Below, in pieces: positions 6,983-16,822 of a DNA stretch of 64,000 nucleotides. The DNA comes from Roseibacillus sp. Its GTDB lineage: Bacteria > Verrucomicrobiota > Verrucomicrobiia > Verrucomicrobiales > Akkermansiaceae. Both the position numbers and the translations under genes were made by a program. The DNA is taken from the NCBI GenBank assembly GCA_965242925.1, contig CBDEUM010000022.1:96001-160000 (forward strand), given 5' to 3'. Position 1 is the stretch's first letter; every line of letters begins with the position of its first letter. The notes under the pieces are model-generated. The model searched no databases, had not been told where the DNA came from, and was given only the letters and a program-made list of their open reading frames with translations.

Positions 6983-9519
6983 TCTTTGCTGGAAGGCGAT
7001 GAGGCGTTCAGACTTGTGGGCAGCCGCCGTGTGGCAAACGGGTAACTCCCTGCAATTTCCCTTAGCATGGCACCCATCGGATAACCAGCGGGTTTCAACG
7101 TGGCCGCAATCGCGCGCACGGTCGCTTCATCATAATACTCCAGTTGACGGCCCAGCGCGTAAGCCAGCATCTTACGGATGACCTGGGTTCCCAGATCGTC
7201 GAGACGCCACTCCCGGAGCGCAATCTTCAAGCCTTCGGGACCACGGAACTTCGCGCCATTTGGCAGCGTTCCCCGGTTGTCCACCCCTGAGCGCCACTGC
7301 CCGAACTCCGCATAGTTCTCCAGGGCAAACCCCAGCGGGTCTATCCGGGAGTGACACCCAGCACAGCGGGCCGACCGGCGATGACCCTCCAGCTGCTGCC
7401 GCAGGTTGCGAACGCCCTCCCGGCCTCTCTCCTCCACATCAATCTCCGGCACGTCCGGCGGAGGCGGAGGCGGAGGCGTTCCCAGCAGGGTGGTGAGGAT
7501 CCATGTTCCCCGCACCACCGGACTGGTGCGATCAGGAAAGGAGGTGGCAGCCAGAACGCTGGCATGCCCCAGGACACCTCCACGACGGGAGGTCTCCAGT
7601 CGGACCCTCCGCATCGCTTCACCCTTTACGCCCGGGATGCGATAGAAACGCGCCAGTTCCTCATTGAGGAAGGTGTAATCAGTATCGATCAGACCCACCA
7701 CCGGGGCATTTTCCACAATGAGCGAGTGCACGAACCAGGCCGTCTCATCACGCATGGCTTTCATCAGGGATTCCGTGCACCAGGGATTGTCGATGGGATC
7801 CTTGCGGATGCGCGGACCGACATTGTGGGTCCCCAGCCACTCCCCCGCAAAAATCTCGCCAAGAGCCAGGCTGCGAGAATCCGCGAGCATGCGCACGACC
7901 TGCTCCTCGCGGCCGTCCCGGCGAACCAACTGCCCTGCCTCTGCCGCGGCCAACAGTGCCCCATCCGGCGTGGAGGCCCAGAGGAAGTACGACAGACGTG
8001 AGGCCAGATCGCGGGCCGACACCGTCCCATCCTCACCGGGTGGCCCCGCCTCTTCGACCCGCAGGAGAAAGCGGGGTGAGATGAGGACAAACTTGAACGC
8101 AGCCGCGAGGGCATCGTCCTCCGAACAACCCGCCCTTCGAGCCTGTTCGAATTGATCAACCACCTCGGTAAACTCCGCTTTGCCGGGCTCCCATCGGTAA
8201 GCCAGGCGCACGAACTTCCGGAGGGTCTCCTCACTATCGGCTCCGCCTCGCAGGGCAGCCCAGGCAGTGGGGTTTCCGCGCACCGCCTCAATGACCAGTT
8301 CCGCCGAGGTCAGGTAGCGATCAAGATGTGCGGTTGCCAGGAACAGGGTGTTGGTACTATTGGAGAATCCACTCGTCCCACTGAAGTCGGCCGGAAACTG
8401 GTCGGCGGGACGCAGGTCGAGGCCAACCAGATCGCGGATCGTCCGGTTGTATTCCTCCCGGGTGAGCCGCCGCGCCTGCAGGTATCCAGGATTGCGCACC
8501 TGATCGTATGGGAATTGCTCGATTTCCTGGCGCAGCCAGGCGCGCAGACGCAGCCTGTCCTCCCCGGACGGCTGCGGCTTCTTCCGAGGGGGCATGTCCC
8601 CGTTCCGGATTCGTTCCGCCACATTCTCCCAGAGCAGCCGGTTACGCACGAGCGGCTTCTGCGAGAGCGCCTTCTCCAGGTCGAGATCTCCCTTGGCACT
8701 GGCTGTGTCATGACAATCAAAACAGTAGGTCTCCAGGGTTGTGACCACGTGCTTGTCGAACTGGAACGTCACCCCTTCCAGCTCATCCGGACGCTCCTTC
8801 CCTTGCGCTGGAGGTGGCGTATAGATTGCCCCCCCCTGATCGGGCTCTCCTTCCGGGTCCGGATCCTCCCCCCCTTCTTCGAGCTCCCCGAGAAACTCCG
8901 CGATCATTTCATTAACCGCCCGGCGAGGGTTGGCGATGCGCCACTCCAGCTCCTCCGCAAGCTCTTCGGTCTGCTCCTCATCACCCTCTTCCCGGGCCCA
9001 TTCCAACTCCTGCTTCGTGATTTCGTTTACAATCTTCCAGCGCTCCTCCATGAGGGCACGCAAGGACTCCTCGGCTATCCCTTCGGTGATTTTTTTCTCT
9101 TCATACTTCCAGGCCAGATACTCAAGAGCTGCATCATTGGCCATTTCCCCCACCATCAGGCTGGCCCACTCAACACCGTCCTCCTTCGCTTCTTCCCACT
9201 CCTCACGCATTCGCTCCACGCGCCCGTAGGCTTCCTCCAGGACTTCCTCATATCCCTTTTCCCGGGCCTCCTCAATGACCTGCCATAATCGCCCGGCATG
9301 CGCCTTGAGAAACTTCTCGTCGTCCCCCGCAAGCTCCCCGGTTGCCCATTGCGCAGTTCCTGCCAGCACCCCAAGGAGCCCGGTCAGCAGAAAACGCAAG
9401 GAGGTCACGGAAAGAACCTGACGTCTTTTGGCTCCGAGAACAACGTCAAGAACAGGGGAAGCCATGCCTCGAACGGGTCCCACGCCGTAATATTGAAGAG
9501 GGCAGGTCCGCCTTTCCAC
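6979..9519 (-). CDS. DUF1592/DUF1588/DUF1587/DUF1585 protein with planctomycete cytochrome c domain
   Basis: CFDCH...MPP, RRLTREEYNRTIRDL, LASRLSYFLW, TSPVVRG, CAGCH..IDPLGF, YALGR; start uncertain. Confidence 0.9.
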   Translation of the reverse strand: MERRTCPLQYYGVGPVRGMASPVLDVVLGAKRRQVLSVTSLRFLLTGLLGVLAGTAQWATGELAGDDEKFLKAHAGRLWQVIEEAREKGYEEVLEEAYGRVERMREEWEEAKEDGVEWASLMVGEMANDAALEYLAWKYEEKKITEGIAEESLRALMEERWKIVNEITKQELEWAREEGDEEQTEELAEELEWRIANPRRAVNEMIAEFLGELEEGGEDPDPEGEPDQGGAIYTPPPAQGKERPDELEGVTFQFDKHVVTTLETYCFDCHDTASAKGDLDLEKALSQKPLVRNRLLWENVAERIRNGDMPPRKKPQPSGEDRLRLRAWLRQEIEQFPYDQVRNPGYLQARRLTREEYNRTIRDLVGLDLRPADQFPADFSGTSGFSNSTNTLFLATAHLDRYLTSAELVIEAVRGNPTAWAALRGGADSEETLRKFVRLAYRWEPGKAEFTEVVDQFEQARRAGCSEDDALAAAFKFVLISPRFLLRVEEAGPPGEDGTVSARDLASRLSYFLWASTPDGALLAAAEAGQLVRRDGREEQVVRMLADSRSLALGEIFAGEWLGTHNVGPRIRKDPIDNPWCTESLMKAMRDETAWFVHSLIVENAPVVGLIDTDYTFLNEELARFYRIPGVKGEAMRRVRLETSRRGGVLGHASVLAATSFPDRTSPVVRGTWILTTLLGTPPPPPPPDVPEIDVEERGREGVRNLRQQLEGHRRSARCAGCHSRIDPLGFALENYAEFGQWRSGVDNRGTLPNGAKFRGPEGLKIALREWRLDDLGTQVIRKMLAYALGRQLEYYDEATVRAIAATLKPAGYPMGAMLREIAGSYPFATRRLPTSLNASSPSSKE

Positions 9520-9545
9520 CCATCCTCCCCGGTTTGAGAGAGTGC

Positions 9546-10967
9546 TTACCTCACCTTCCAGTTCGGGTCGGGCTCGTGAGCGACTTCCAACAGCTTGGCG
9601 GCATGTCTGGCGAGATCAGGGCGGCGCTCACTGAAGTCATCCTTCTCACCCGGATCATTCGACATGTCGTAGAGTTCGATCGTTCCGGTGAACATCGGCC
9701 TGCGAATGGCCTTCCACTTGCCGAAGCGCACGGCCTGGGCCGACCCGCGCTCGTAGAACTCCCAGTACATGCGGGACTTCCGGTTCCAACGCTTCTCGCG
9801 CGGTTGTCCGCGCAAGGATCCTGCAAAGCTGTCACTGTCAATGTTCCCCGGCGGCTCTACCCCTGCAAGTTCTGCTGCCGTCGCCATCAGATCCCCGAAA
9901 TACCAGTGGGCATCGTCCTCCGTTCCCGGTGCGATGGCGCCTGGCCACCAGGCGATGGTGGGCACCCGGATTCCCCCTTCGGTGAGATCCCGCTTCGTCC
10001 CACGCAAGGGGCCGTTCGAATCAAAAAAGTCGGCCTTGTGTCCACCTTCCTGATGCGGTCCGTTATCTGAGGTGAAGATCACGAGGGTGTCCTTCTCAAT
10101 TCCAAGTTCCGTCAGCAAATCCAGGACGCACCCGGTGTCGCGATCAATGTTCCGGATCATGGAGGCGAAGCCCTTTTCGGGCTCGGGCCAATCCTTATCC
10201 GCGAACTCTCCCAGGTCCGGCACTTCCATTCCCTTGTGGCCTGCCTCGTTGTTGGCATGCGGCACGTTCAGCGAAAAGAAGAGAAAAAACGGATGCCTGT
10301 GTTCGTCGCGAATGAATTTCTCCGCCTCGGCAATGAAGAGATCCGGGGCGTAGTCCACTCGCTTGACCGCCACCCCGCGGCCCGCCTGGGGCCGGCCCGG
10401 ATTCTGGAAGGCCTTCCACCGCGGGCTCACCTCGTTCCGCAGTTTCTGCACCTGGCCGTTTCGAATGAGGAACTCGGGGTAGAAGTTGTGAGCGTGCCAC
10501 ATGTCCACGTAGCCGAAAAAGTGATCGAATCCCACGTCGTTGGGATTACTCAACTTGTCCGGGGTCCCCAGTCCCCACTTCCCGATGCAGGCCGTCCTGT
10601 AGCCCGCCTTCTTCAGGAGCGAGGCCACGGTGGGATGCTTGGGCCGGAGAACAATCGGCTTGGTCGAATTGCCCCGCACGACAGTCCGCCCCATATGGCG
10701 GCCGGTCATGAGAACGCTTCGCGAGGGGGCGCAAACGGTGCACCCGGCGTAGAACTGCGTAAAGCGCATGCCCTGCGCTGCCATTGCATCCAGTCGCGGT
10801 GTCTCCAGGATCTTCTGGCCAAAGCACCCGAGGTCACCGTAGCCGAGATCATCGGCCAGGATGAAGACGATATTCGGAGGGCGGTACTCCCCAATCGCCC
10901 GGGCCTTAACCAGACAAGTCGCGGCGATGGCCGCGACGACAAGAACAAAAGGGTGCAATGGACTCAC
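9546..10967 (-). CDS. Secreted arylsulfatase (Cys-type formylglycine sulfatase)
   Basis: PNIVFILADDLGYGD, CAPSR (CxPxR), GKW, SDNG, EGGIRVP; signal peptide. Confidence 0.95.
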   Translation of the reverse strand: MSPLHPFVLVVAAIAATCLVKARAIGEYRPPNIVFILADDLGYGDLGCFGQKILETPRLDAMAAQGMRFTQFYAGCTVCAPSRSVLMTGRHMGRTVVRGNSTKPIVLRPKHPTVASLLKKAGYRTACIGKWGLGTPDKLSNPNDVGFDHFFGYVDMWHAHNFYPEFLIRNGQVQKLRNEVSPRWKAFQNPGRPQAGRGVAVKRVDYAPDLFIAEAEKFIRDEHRHPFFLFFSLNVPHANNEAGHKGMEVPDLGEFADKDWPEPEKGFASMIRNIDRDTGCVLDLLTELGIEKDTLVIFTSDNGPHQEGGHKADFFDSNGPLRGTKRDLTEGGIRVPTIAWWPGAIAPGTEDDAHWYFGDLMATAAELAGVEPPGNIDSDSFAGSLRGQPREKRWNRKSRMYWEFYERGSAQAVRFGKWKAIRRPMFTGTIELYDMSNDPGEKDDFSERRPDLARHAAKLLEVAHEPDPNWKVR

Positions 10968-11169
10968 CCATGCAATCCTTCAGCCCCTCCCGGTGAAGGC
11001 AAGCAAAAGGAGAGTCCCGGCAGGATGATGGAATATCCTCCGGATGCCGGGCATACCTCCTCTTCCACGCACTCCCTTGAGCGTGGCATCAAGGAAAGTT
11101 TCATCCATCGCCCAACCCTCTCACTGACAAGTTGCCAAATCGTCAGAATCACTCACACTGCCTGCCATC

Positions 11170-12480
11170 ATGACACCTCGCCTCACTCTCCCGACCCTCT
11201 CCCTCTTCCTTGGCCTGAGTATCCTCGCGGACGCCAGGGATCTTCCAGCCGTCAACTATGTGAAGTTCGCTACCGAATTTGTCTCGCCTCTCTCCATGAT
11301 TCCATACGGAAAGGGGGACCAAGCCTATCTGATAGTGGACCAGGCGGGCGTCATTCACTTCCTCGACGAGAAGGGCGGCAAGCCCGGCAGGGCGTTCCTC
11401 GATTTGCGCAAGTCCATCGTGACCCTGAAGAAGGGCTTTGATGAACGCGGCTCCCTGGGAGTAGCCCTTCACCCGAAGTTCGCCTCCAACAAGAAGGTCT
11501 ACGTCTACTACAGCGCCCCGCTCGCCGGGAAAGGCAGGAAGGGATTTGACCACACCGCCCACCTCTCCGAGTTCAAGGTGAAGTCTGACGGCACTGCGGA
11601 CACCACCAGCGAGCAGGTCCTTTTCACCGTCGATCAACCGCAGTGGAACCACGATGGCGGGAACCTCGTCTTCGGAAAGGACGGCTACCTCTACCTCGGT
11701 CTCGGAGATGGCGGCAATGCCAATGACCTGGATTCCAAGGGCAAGCCAGACGGTGGACACGAGAAGGGCGGTAACGGACAATCCCTCCGCCGGCACCTTG
11801 GCAAGATCCTGCGCTTTGACGTTGACTCGGGCGATCCCTACGCCATTCCCGAGGGCAATCCCTTCAAGAGCAGGGACGGTGGACTGAAGGAAATATATGC
11901 CTGGGGCATCCGCAACCCCTGGGGCATCACGGTGGATTCCAAGAACGGGGACATCATCGTGGCCGACGTGGGCCAGAACCGCTTTGAGGAGATCAATCTG
12001 CTTTCCGCCGGCAACTTCGGTTGGCCCCGCTATGAGGGATACGCTGCCTTCGACCAGCAGAAACCAAGTGAACCCGCCACCTTGAAGGTTACGGCCGCAC
12101 CCAAGGGCTATATCGCTCCGATTATCGCCTACCCACATCACGACGGCTTCGGAAAAGCTCCCGGCTACGGAATCAGTGTGACCGGTGGCCATGTCTACCG
12201 TGGCAAAGCCATCCCCGGGCTCGACGGGGTCTATCTCTTCGCTGACTGGGCCCAGAGCTGGGCCGGCAGCAAGTATGGACTCTACGGTGGTATTCGCCAA
12301 ACCAAGACGACCTGGTCCATGCAGGTCCTCCCCGGAGCCAAGACGCCGGCGGGTCCGATCTCACGCATGATCGTGGGTTTCGGATATGACCACGACGGTG
12401 AGGTCTACGTCCTCACCAACACCGGCAAGGGCCCTTCCGGAAAGAACGGCGAGATCTGGAAAATCGTGCCGGGGAAGTAA
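11170..12480 (+). CDS. PQQ-dependent sugar dehydrogenase (GSDH) family, secreted
   Basis: ERGSLGVALHPKF, NHDGG, YLGLGDGG, GKILR, YAWGIRNPW, ADVGQ..FEE, SVTGG; signal peptide. Confidence 0.9.
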   Translation: MTPRLTLPTLSLFLGLSILADARDLPAVNYVKFATEFVSPLSMIPYGKGDQAYLIVDQAGVIHFLDEKGGKPGRAFLDLRKSIVTLKKGFDERGSLGVALHPKFASNKKVYVYYSAPLAGKGRKGFDHTAHLSEFKVKSDGTADTTSEQVLFTVDQPQWNHDGGNLVFGKDGYLYLGLGDGGNANDLDSKGKPDGGHEKGGNGQSLRRHLGKILRFDVDSGDPYAIPEGNPFKSRDGGLKEIYAWGIRNPWGITVDSKNGDIIVADVGQNRFEEINLLSAGNFGWPRYEGYAAFDQQKPSEPATLKVTAAPKGYIAPIIAYPHHDGFGKAPGYGISVTGGHVYRGKAIPGLDGVYLFADWAQSWAGSKYGLYGGIRQTKTTWSMQVLPGAKTPAGPISRMIVGFGYDHDGEVYVLTNTGKGPSGKNGEIWKIVPGK

Positions 12481-12621
12481 AGCGAGATCCTTCAGTCACG
12501 GCCCGGCAGCAGAAACACCGGATCTCAATTGAGGGAATATCGCATGCCATCGCAGAATCTCCAGAAGGTTCTTCTTTCCCCCGATATGACCCGACGTTAG
12601 GGTCCAACGATTTCCGGTTTC

Positions 12622-15510
12622 ATGCAAAGCAACTTTCTTCCTATCACAGCCTTCGTCCTCTTTGCCGCTTTGGGACCCGGCAAGGGCCAGGCTGCCGAAA
12701 AAGCCGAAGCGGTGTTCCCACAGTCCGCGACTTATTTCAGCGAAGACTTCGACTCCCTTGCCACCAAGCCGGGCCTGCTCCCGTTTCCCTCCGAACCCAA
12801 CGGAGATGGAACGGACTGGATCGACCTGCCCACCGCCCAGGCAGGCAAATCCCTGGCCGGATGGACGATGACCAGAAACACCGATCACGGAAAGGGCGGG
12901 GTGATCGAATGGTCGGGGTGGACCTTTGCCACCCCTGCCGCCTGGGCGGCGGCTGCCCCCGACCAGGACCGGGACAAGTTTGCGCTCGGAACGAATGTGA
13001 TCGCGGTGGCAGACAGTGACGAGTTTGACGATGTGGCGGGTGGGCGCCCGTTTGACGCAACCTTGAGCACGCCATCGATTGATATTTCAGGTGCAACTGC
13101 CGGCAGCCTCACCCTCAAGTTTGACTCCGGATGGCGGACTGTAGCCCAGGTGGGCACCATCACGGTATCCTACGACGGGGCAGAGGCAATCGAGGTGCTT
13201 CGTTTGGACGCCGAGGGCAACGCGAAGGCCTACAGCGAAACGGTCCGGGTGCCGCTGCGCAACCCGCCCGGAGCGAAGAAGATGAAAATCTCGTGGAGGA
13301 AAGTGGGCACCAACGACTGGTGGTGGGTCATCGACAACATTGAAGTGAATGACCAGCAACCTGCCACCTTCTCGGTGCAACCCCGGGTTGCCTTTCCAGC
13401 TCCGGATTCTGCAACCATCTCCTGGCAGGCTACCGCACAGCGGGCCGTTCTCTACTACGGTGAGGGGAAGGAAAAGACCCTCAAGGAGAAGCGGGAACTG
13501 CAGGTTCAGGACGGCCGCTTTGAGGCAACCCTGACCGGACTGGAGGCGGCAACCACCTACCGCTATCGCATCGCGCTCCTGGAAAACGGCAAGCCCCGCC
13601 TCAGCGAGATGTTCGATTTCGATACTCGTTTCAATCTCTCCCCCGCTCCAGTGGTCGCTCCGGCTGATCTCTCCTCCGATATCCGCACGGTTTGCGACAT
13701 AGCTCTCGAGGTGGCCGCCGAGCAAAATGGCTACCTCCTGATCCTCGGACTCGAGGATGGAACGCTCGCCGCTGCCCTGGCCGCCAAATCGCGCTTCCAC
13801 ATCGTCGCGGCCGACTCCGATCCCACCGTCCTCGCCGCTGTCCGCAAAACCCTTCACGCCGCGGGCATACTGGGTCACCGCGTATCGGTCGTGTCCCTGG
13901 GCAATCCCGAACGCACCTCCTGGACCGACGGATTCGCCGACCTGATTCTCTCCGAGAAGAATTCGCCACCTGTATCCGACGAGGAATGCCTGCGCCTCCT
14001 GCGTCCCGATGGCGGAGCGCTTCTTCTGGCCTCTCCACGCAACAGTTCCACCTTTCAAAAGGCGGAAGGACGGTGGGAAAAAGCGGGTGCGCTTGCCATC
14101 TTCCGCCGCAGGGAACTTGATGGGGCGAAGGACTGGACCCATCAGTATGGCACCGCCGGCAACGCAGCCTACACCGGGGAGGCCCTCGGAGATGTGAGCG
14201 CTACTTCCGGCATGGCTGTCCAGTGGATCGGGCGTCCAGGCGGTGACTTTGGCATCGATCGCCAACCGCGCATGCCCGCTCCCCTTGCCGCCAAGGGCCG
14301 ACTCTTCCACCAGGGCATGAACCGCCTTGTGGCCCTCAATGCCTTCAACGGAGCAGTGCTCTGGTCCTACGAAATCCCATCCCTGCGCCGCCTGAATGTG
14401 GCCCACGACTGCTCCAACTGGTGTGTCGACGACGGGCATGTCTATCTCGCCATCCGCGACCGACTCTGGATGCTCGATGCAAAGACCGGAGAACTGCGTC
14501 ACGCCCTGCTGCTGCCCGCCAAGGAACGCAAATCCCATGATTGGGGCTTCGTGGCACAGGAGGATGATCTCATCGTGGGGTCTGCCGTCCGGGCAAACTC
14601 AGCCTATCGCAAATTCTGGGGTGGTGAGGCCTGGTACGACAAGGTCGGTGTGGCCGTTACGCAGGTGTGCAGCAACCGCCTCTTCGGCTACCGCAAATCC
14701 ACCGCCAAGGGCATCTGGGCCTACGGCCGCGGATTGATCCTGAATCCCACCCTGTCTCTCCATGACGGCAAGATCTACTTCCTTGAGAACCGATCCCTGA
14801 AACTACCGGCCGAATCCAACTCACGAGTCTCCGACCGCAAGCTCTGGCTCGATCTGACTGCGGTGTGCCTTGATGCAAAGACCGGCAAGGTCATCTGGGA
14901 AAAACCCGGCCCAGAACCAGCCCACCTCACCGAGAAGGTCGGATTCATCCAAGCCGCCTATGGCATCGCCACTGCTCACGGTTACCTTGCGGTATTATCG
15001 GAGGGAACAGTCAACGAGAGCGGCGCCTACCAGAAGAAGGGCGCTTTCCGCTGCACCAGCTACCAAAAAGACGGAGACGTGAAGTGGACAACGGAAAGTC
15101 CCTGGAGTGCCGACCACCACGGAACTCACATCACTCACCCCGTCGTCACCGAGGACCGTCTCTACTTCTCGCCGCAGATCCACGATCTCAAGACGGGGCA
15201 GCCTCTCGGCAAGGCCTACGGTCCGCGTCGCGGTTGCTCGACCGTGGTCGCCACCAAGAACGCCCTCATGTTCCGCATTCTCGGCGAGGGAAGCTCACCG
15301 CTGGGCCTCTGGAATAAGGATACGGGATCGGTATCGCGCTTCATGCGTCTCAGACCCAGTTGCTGGCTCAACACCATCCCTACTCAGGGCATGCTTCTTA
15401 TCCCCGAGGGTGGCGCAGGATGTTCCTGCGGAGGTTGGATGGAAACCTCCATCGGGCTGATTCCCCGCCGACCGGTCAGCTCCCCGCTCCCATCCCCAAG
15501 CTCCAAATAA
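12622..15510 (+). CDS. Secreted multidomain protein: N-terminal beta-sandwich, FN3-like, methyltransferase-like and PQQ-like beta-propeller regions
   Basis: Signal peptide; LTGLEAATTYRY (FN3); GYLLILG...ADLILS...RLLRPDGG; WTHQYG; LNAFNGAVLW, LDAKTG repeats; Cys-rich C-terminus. Confidence 0.8.
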   Translation: MQSNFLPITAFVLFAALGPGKGQAAEKAEAVFPQSATYFSEDFDSLATKPGLLPFPSEPNGDGTDWIDLPTAQAGKSLAGWTMTRNTDHGKGGVIEWSGWTFATPAAWAAAAPDQDRDKFALGTNVIAVADSDEFDDVAGGRPFDATLSTPSIDISGATAGSLTLKFDSGWRTVAQVGTITVSYDGAEAIEVLRLDAEGNAKAYSETVRVPLRNPPGAKKMKISWRKVGTNDWWWVIDNIEVNDQQPATFSVQPRVAFPAPDSATISWQATAQRAVLYYGEGKEKTLKEKRELQVQDGRFEATLTGLEAATTYRYRIALLENGKPRLSEMFDFDTRFNLSPAPVVAPADLSSDIRTVCDIALEVAAEQNGYLLILGLEDGTLAAALAAKSRFHIVAADSDPTVLAAVRKTLHAAGILGHRVSVVSLGNPERTSWTDGFADLILSEKNSPPVSDEECLRLLRPDGGALLLASPRNSSTFQKAEGRWEKAGALAIFRRRELDGAKDWTHQYGTAGNAAYTGEALGDVSATSGMAVQWIGRPGGDFGIDRQPRMPAPLAAKGRLFHQGMNRLVALNAFNGAVLWSYEIPSLRRLNVAHDCSNWCVDDGHVYLAIRDRLWMLDAKTGELRHALLLPAKERKSHDWGFVAQEDDLIVGSAVRANSAYRKFWGGEAWYDKVGVAVTQVCSNRLFGYRKSTAKGIWAYGRGLILNPTLSLHDGKIYFLENRSLKLPAESNSRVSDRKLWLDLTAVCLDAKTGKVIWEKPGPEPAHLTEKVGFIQAAYGIATAHGYLAVLSEGTVNESGAYQKKGAFRCTSYQKDGDVKWTTESPWSADHHGTHITHPVVTEDRLYFSPQIHDLKTGQPLGKAYGPRRGCSTVVATKNALMFRILGEGSSPLGLWNKDTGSVSRFMRLRPSCWLNTIPTQGMLLIPEGGAGCSCGGWMETSIGLIPRRPVSSPLPSPSSK

Positions 15511-15517
15511 TCCCGGC

Positions 15518-16801
15518 ATGACACACCCGACTCCCAAACTTCCAGGCAGGATCTCCCTCCAGAATAATCGGAGGTTGAATTCTCTCTGGAGCCTGTGGAT
15601 TGGCGCTTTGCTCCTCCCCACCACGCTCCCCGCCGAGGACTGGCCCACCTACCGTCACGACTCACGGCGTAGTGGCGTAACCGAGGAAGCTCTGACCTTT
15701 CCGCTCAAGCCGGCCTGGCAACACCGGGGCGGCACCCCGCGACAGGCCTGGAGCGGACCAGCCAAGTGGGATGCCTTCTCCGCCAACACCGGCCTGCAGT
15801 CCCTGCGGAACTTCGACCCCTGCTACTTTGTCACGGTGGCGGGCGGACTGGTCTACTACGGATCTTCCCATGACAACGCCATCCATGCCCTCGACATTGC
15901 CACCGGCAGGGAGAGCTGGGTCTACTTTGCCGAGGCACCGGTACGCCTTCCCCCCACCATCCACGACGGCCGTGCCTTCGCCGGTTCCGATGACGGCTTT
16001 CTCTACGCCCTTGAGGCCAGGGAAGGAAAACTCCTCTGGAAGGACCAGGGAGCCCCGGAAGATCGTCGAATCCCCAGCAACGCCAGCATGATTTCGCTCT
16101 GGCCCATTCGCACCGCTCCCCTCGTCGTCAACAATGCCCTCTTTTATACCGCTTCCCTCACCCCCTGGGAATCCAGTTGGCTCATCTCCCTGGACCCGGC
16201 AACAGGCAAACGACGCTTTGCCCAGGAGGCCGCCGACGTGACGTTCCAGGGTGCGCTCCTCGCCACCGTGAACACCCTCATTGCCCCGCAGGGACGTTCC
16301 GCCCCCCTCCTCTATGACATCGCGACCGGCCGATCGACCGGGACGATCGGACACGGCGGCGGCGTCTTCTGCCTGGTCACTGAAGACAACGAACTGATCT
16401 CCGGTCCCAAGTCACAGAAGGCAAAAGACAACCAGCTCTTTCTGACCAATGCGGAGGGGGCCCGCATTGCCACCTTCAATGATACCACGCGAGCGGTGAT
16501 CGCGGAGGGAGTGGCCTATCACCACACTCGCGGTGTGCTCAAGGCTCTCGCCCTGGACGCCGGAAACAAGGAGGTCTCCCAGTGGAACGTGGAAGCCCCC
16601 GCGCCCAACGAGTTGATCACATGCGCCAATGCCGTATTGCTCGGACACTCCTCCGAAGTCCACGCTTACTCGCGAAAGGACGGATCCCTTCTCTGGAAAA
16701 CTGTCATTCCTGGAGGAGGACTGGTCCACGGACTCGCCATCTCCAACCGGATGCTATTTGTTTCCGACAGCCTTGGTGGAATCCACGCCTTTCGTCCTTG
16801 A
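15518..16801 (+). CDS. PQQ-binding-like (BamB-like) beta-propeller protein
   Basis: AEDWPTYRHDSRRSG, ALDIATGRESW, GSDDGFLYALEAREGKLLW repeats. Confidence 0.85.
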   Translation: MTHPTPKLPGRISLQNNRRLNSLWSLWIGALLLPTTLPAEDWPTYRHDSRRSGVTEEALTFPLKPAWQHRGGTPRQAWSGPAKWDAFSANTGLQSLRNFDPCYFVTVAGGLVYYGSSHDNAIHALDIATGRESWVYFAEAPVRLPPTIHDGRAFAGSDDGFLYALEAREGKLLWKDQGAPEDRRIPSNASMISLWPIRTAPLVVNNALFYTASLTPWESSWLISLDPATGKRRFAQEAADVTFQGALLATVNTLIAPQGRSAPLLYDIATGRSTGTIGHGGGVFCLVTEDNELISGPKSQKAKDNQLFLTNAEGARIATFNDTTRAVIAEGVAYHHTRGVLKALALDAGNKEVSQWNVEAPAPNELITCANAVLLGHSSEVHAYSRKDGSLLWKTVIPGGGLVHGLAISNRMLFVSDSLGGIHAFRP

Positions 16802-16822
16802 GGACAACAGCCTTCCCTCAAC

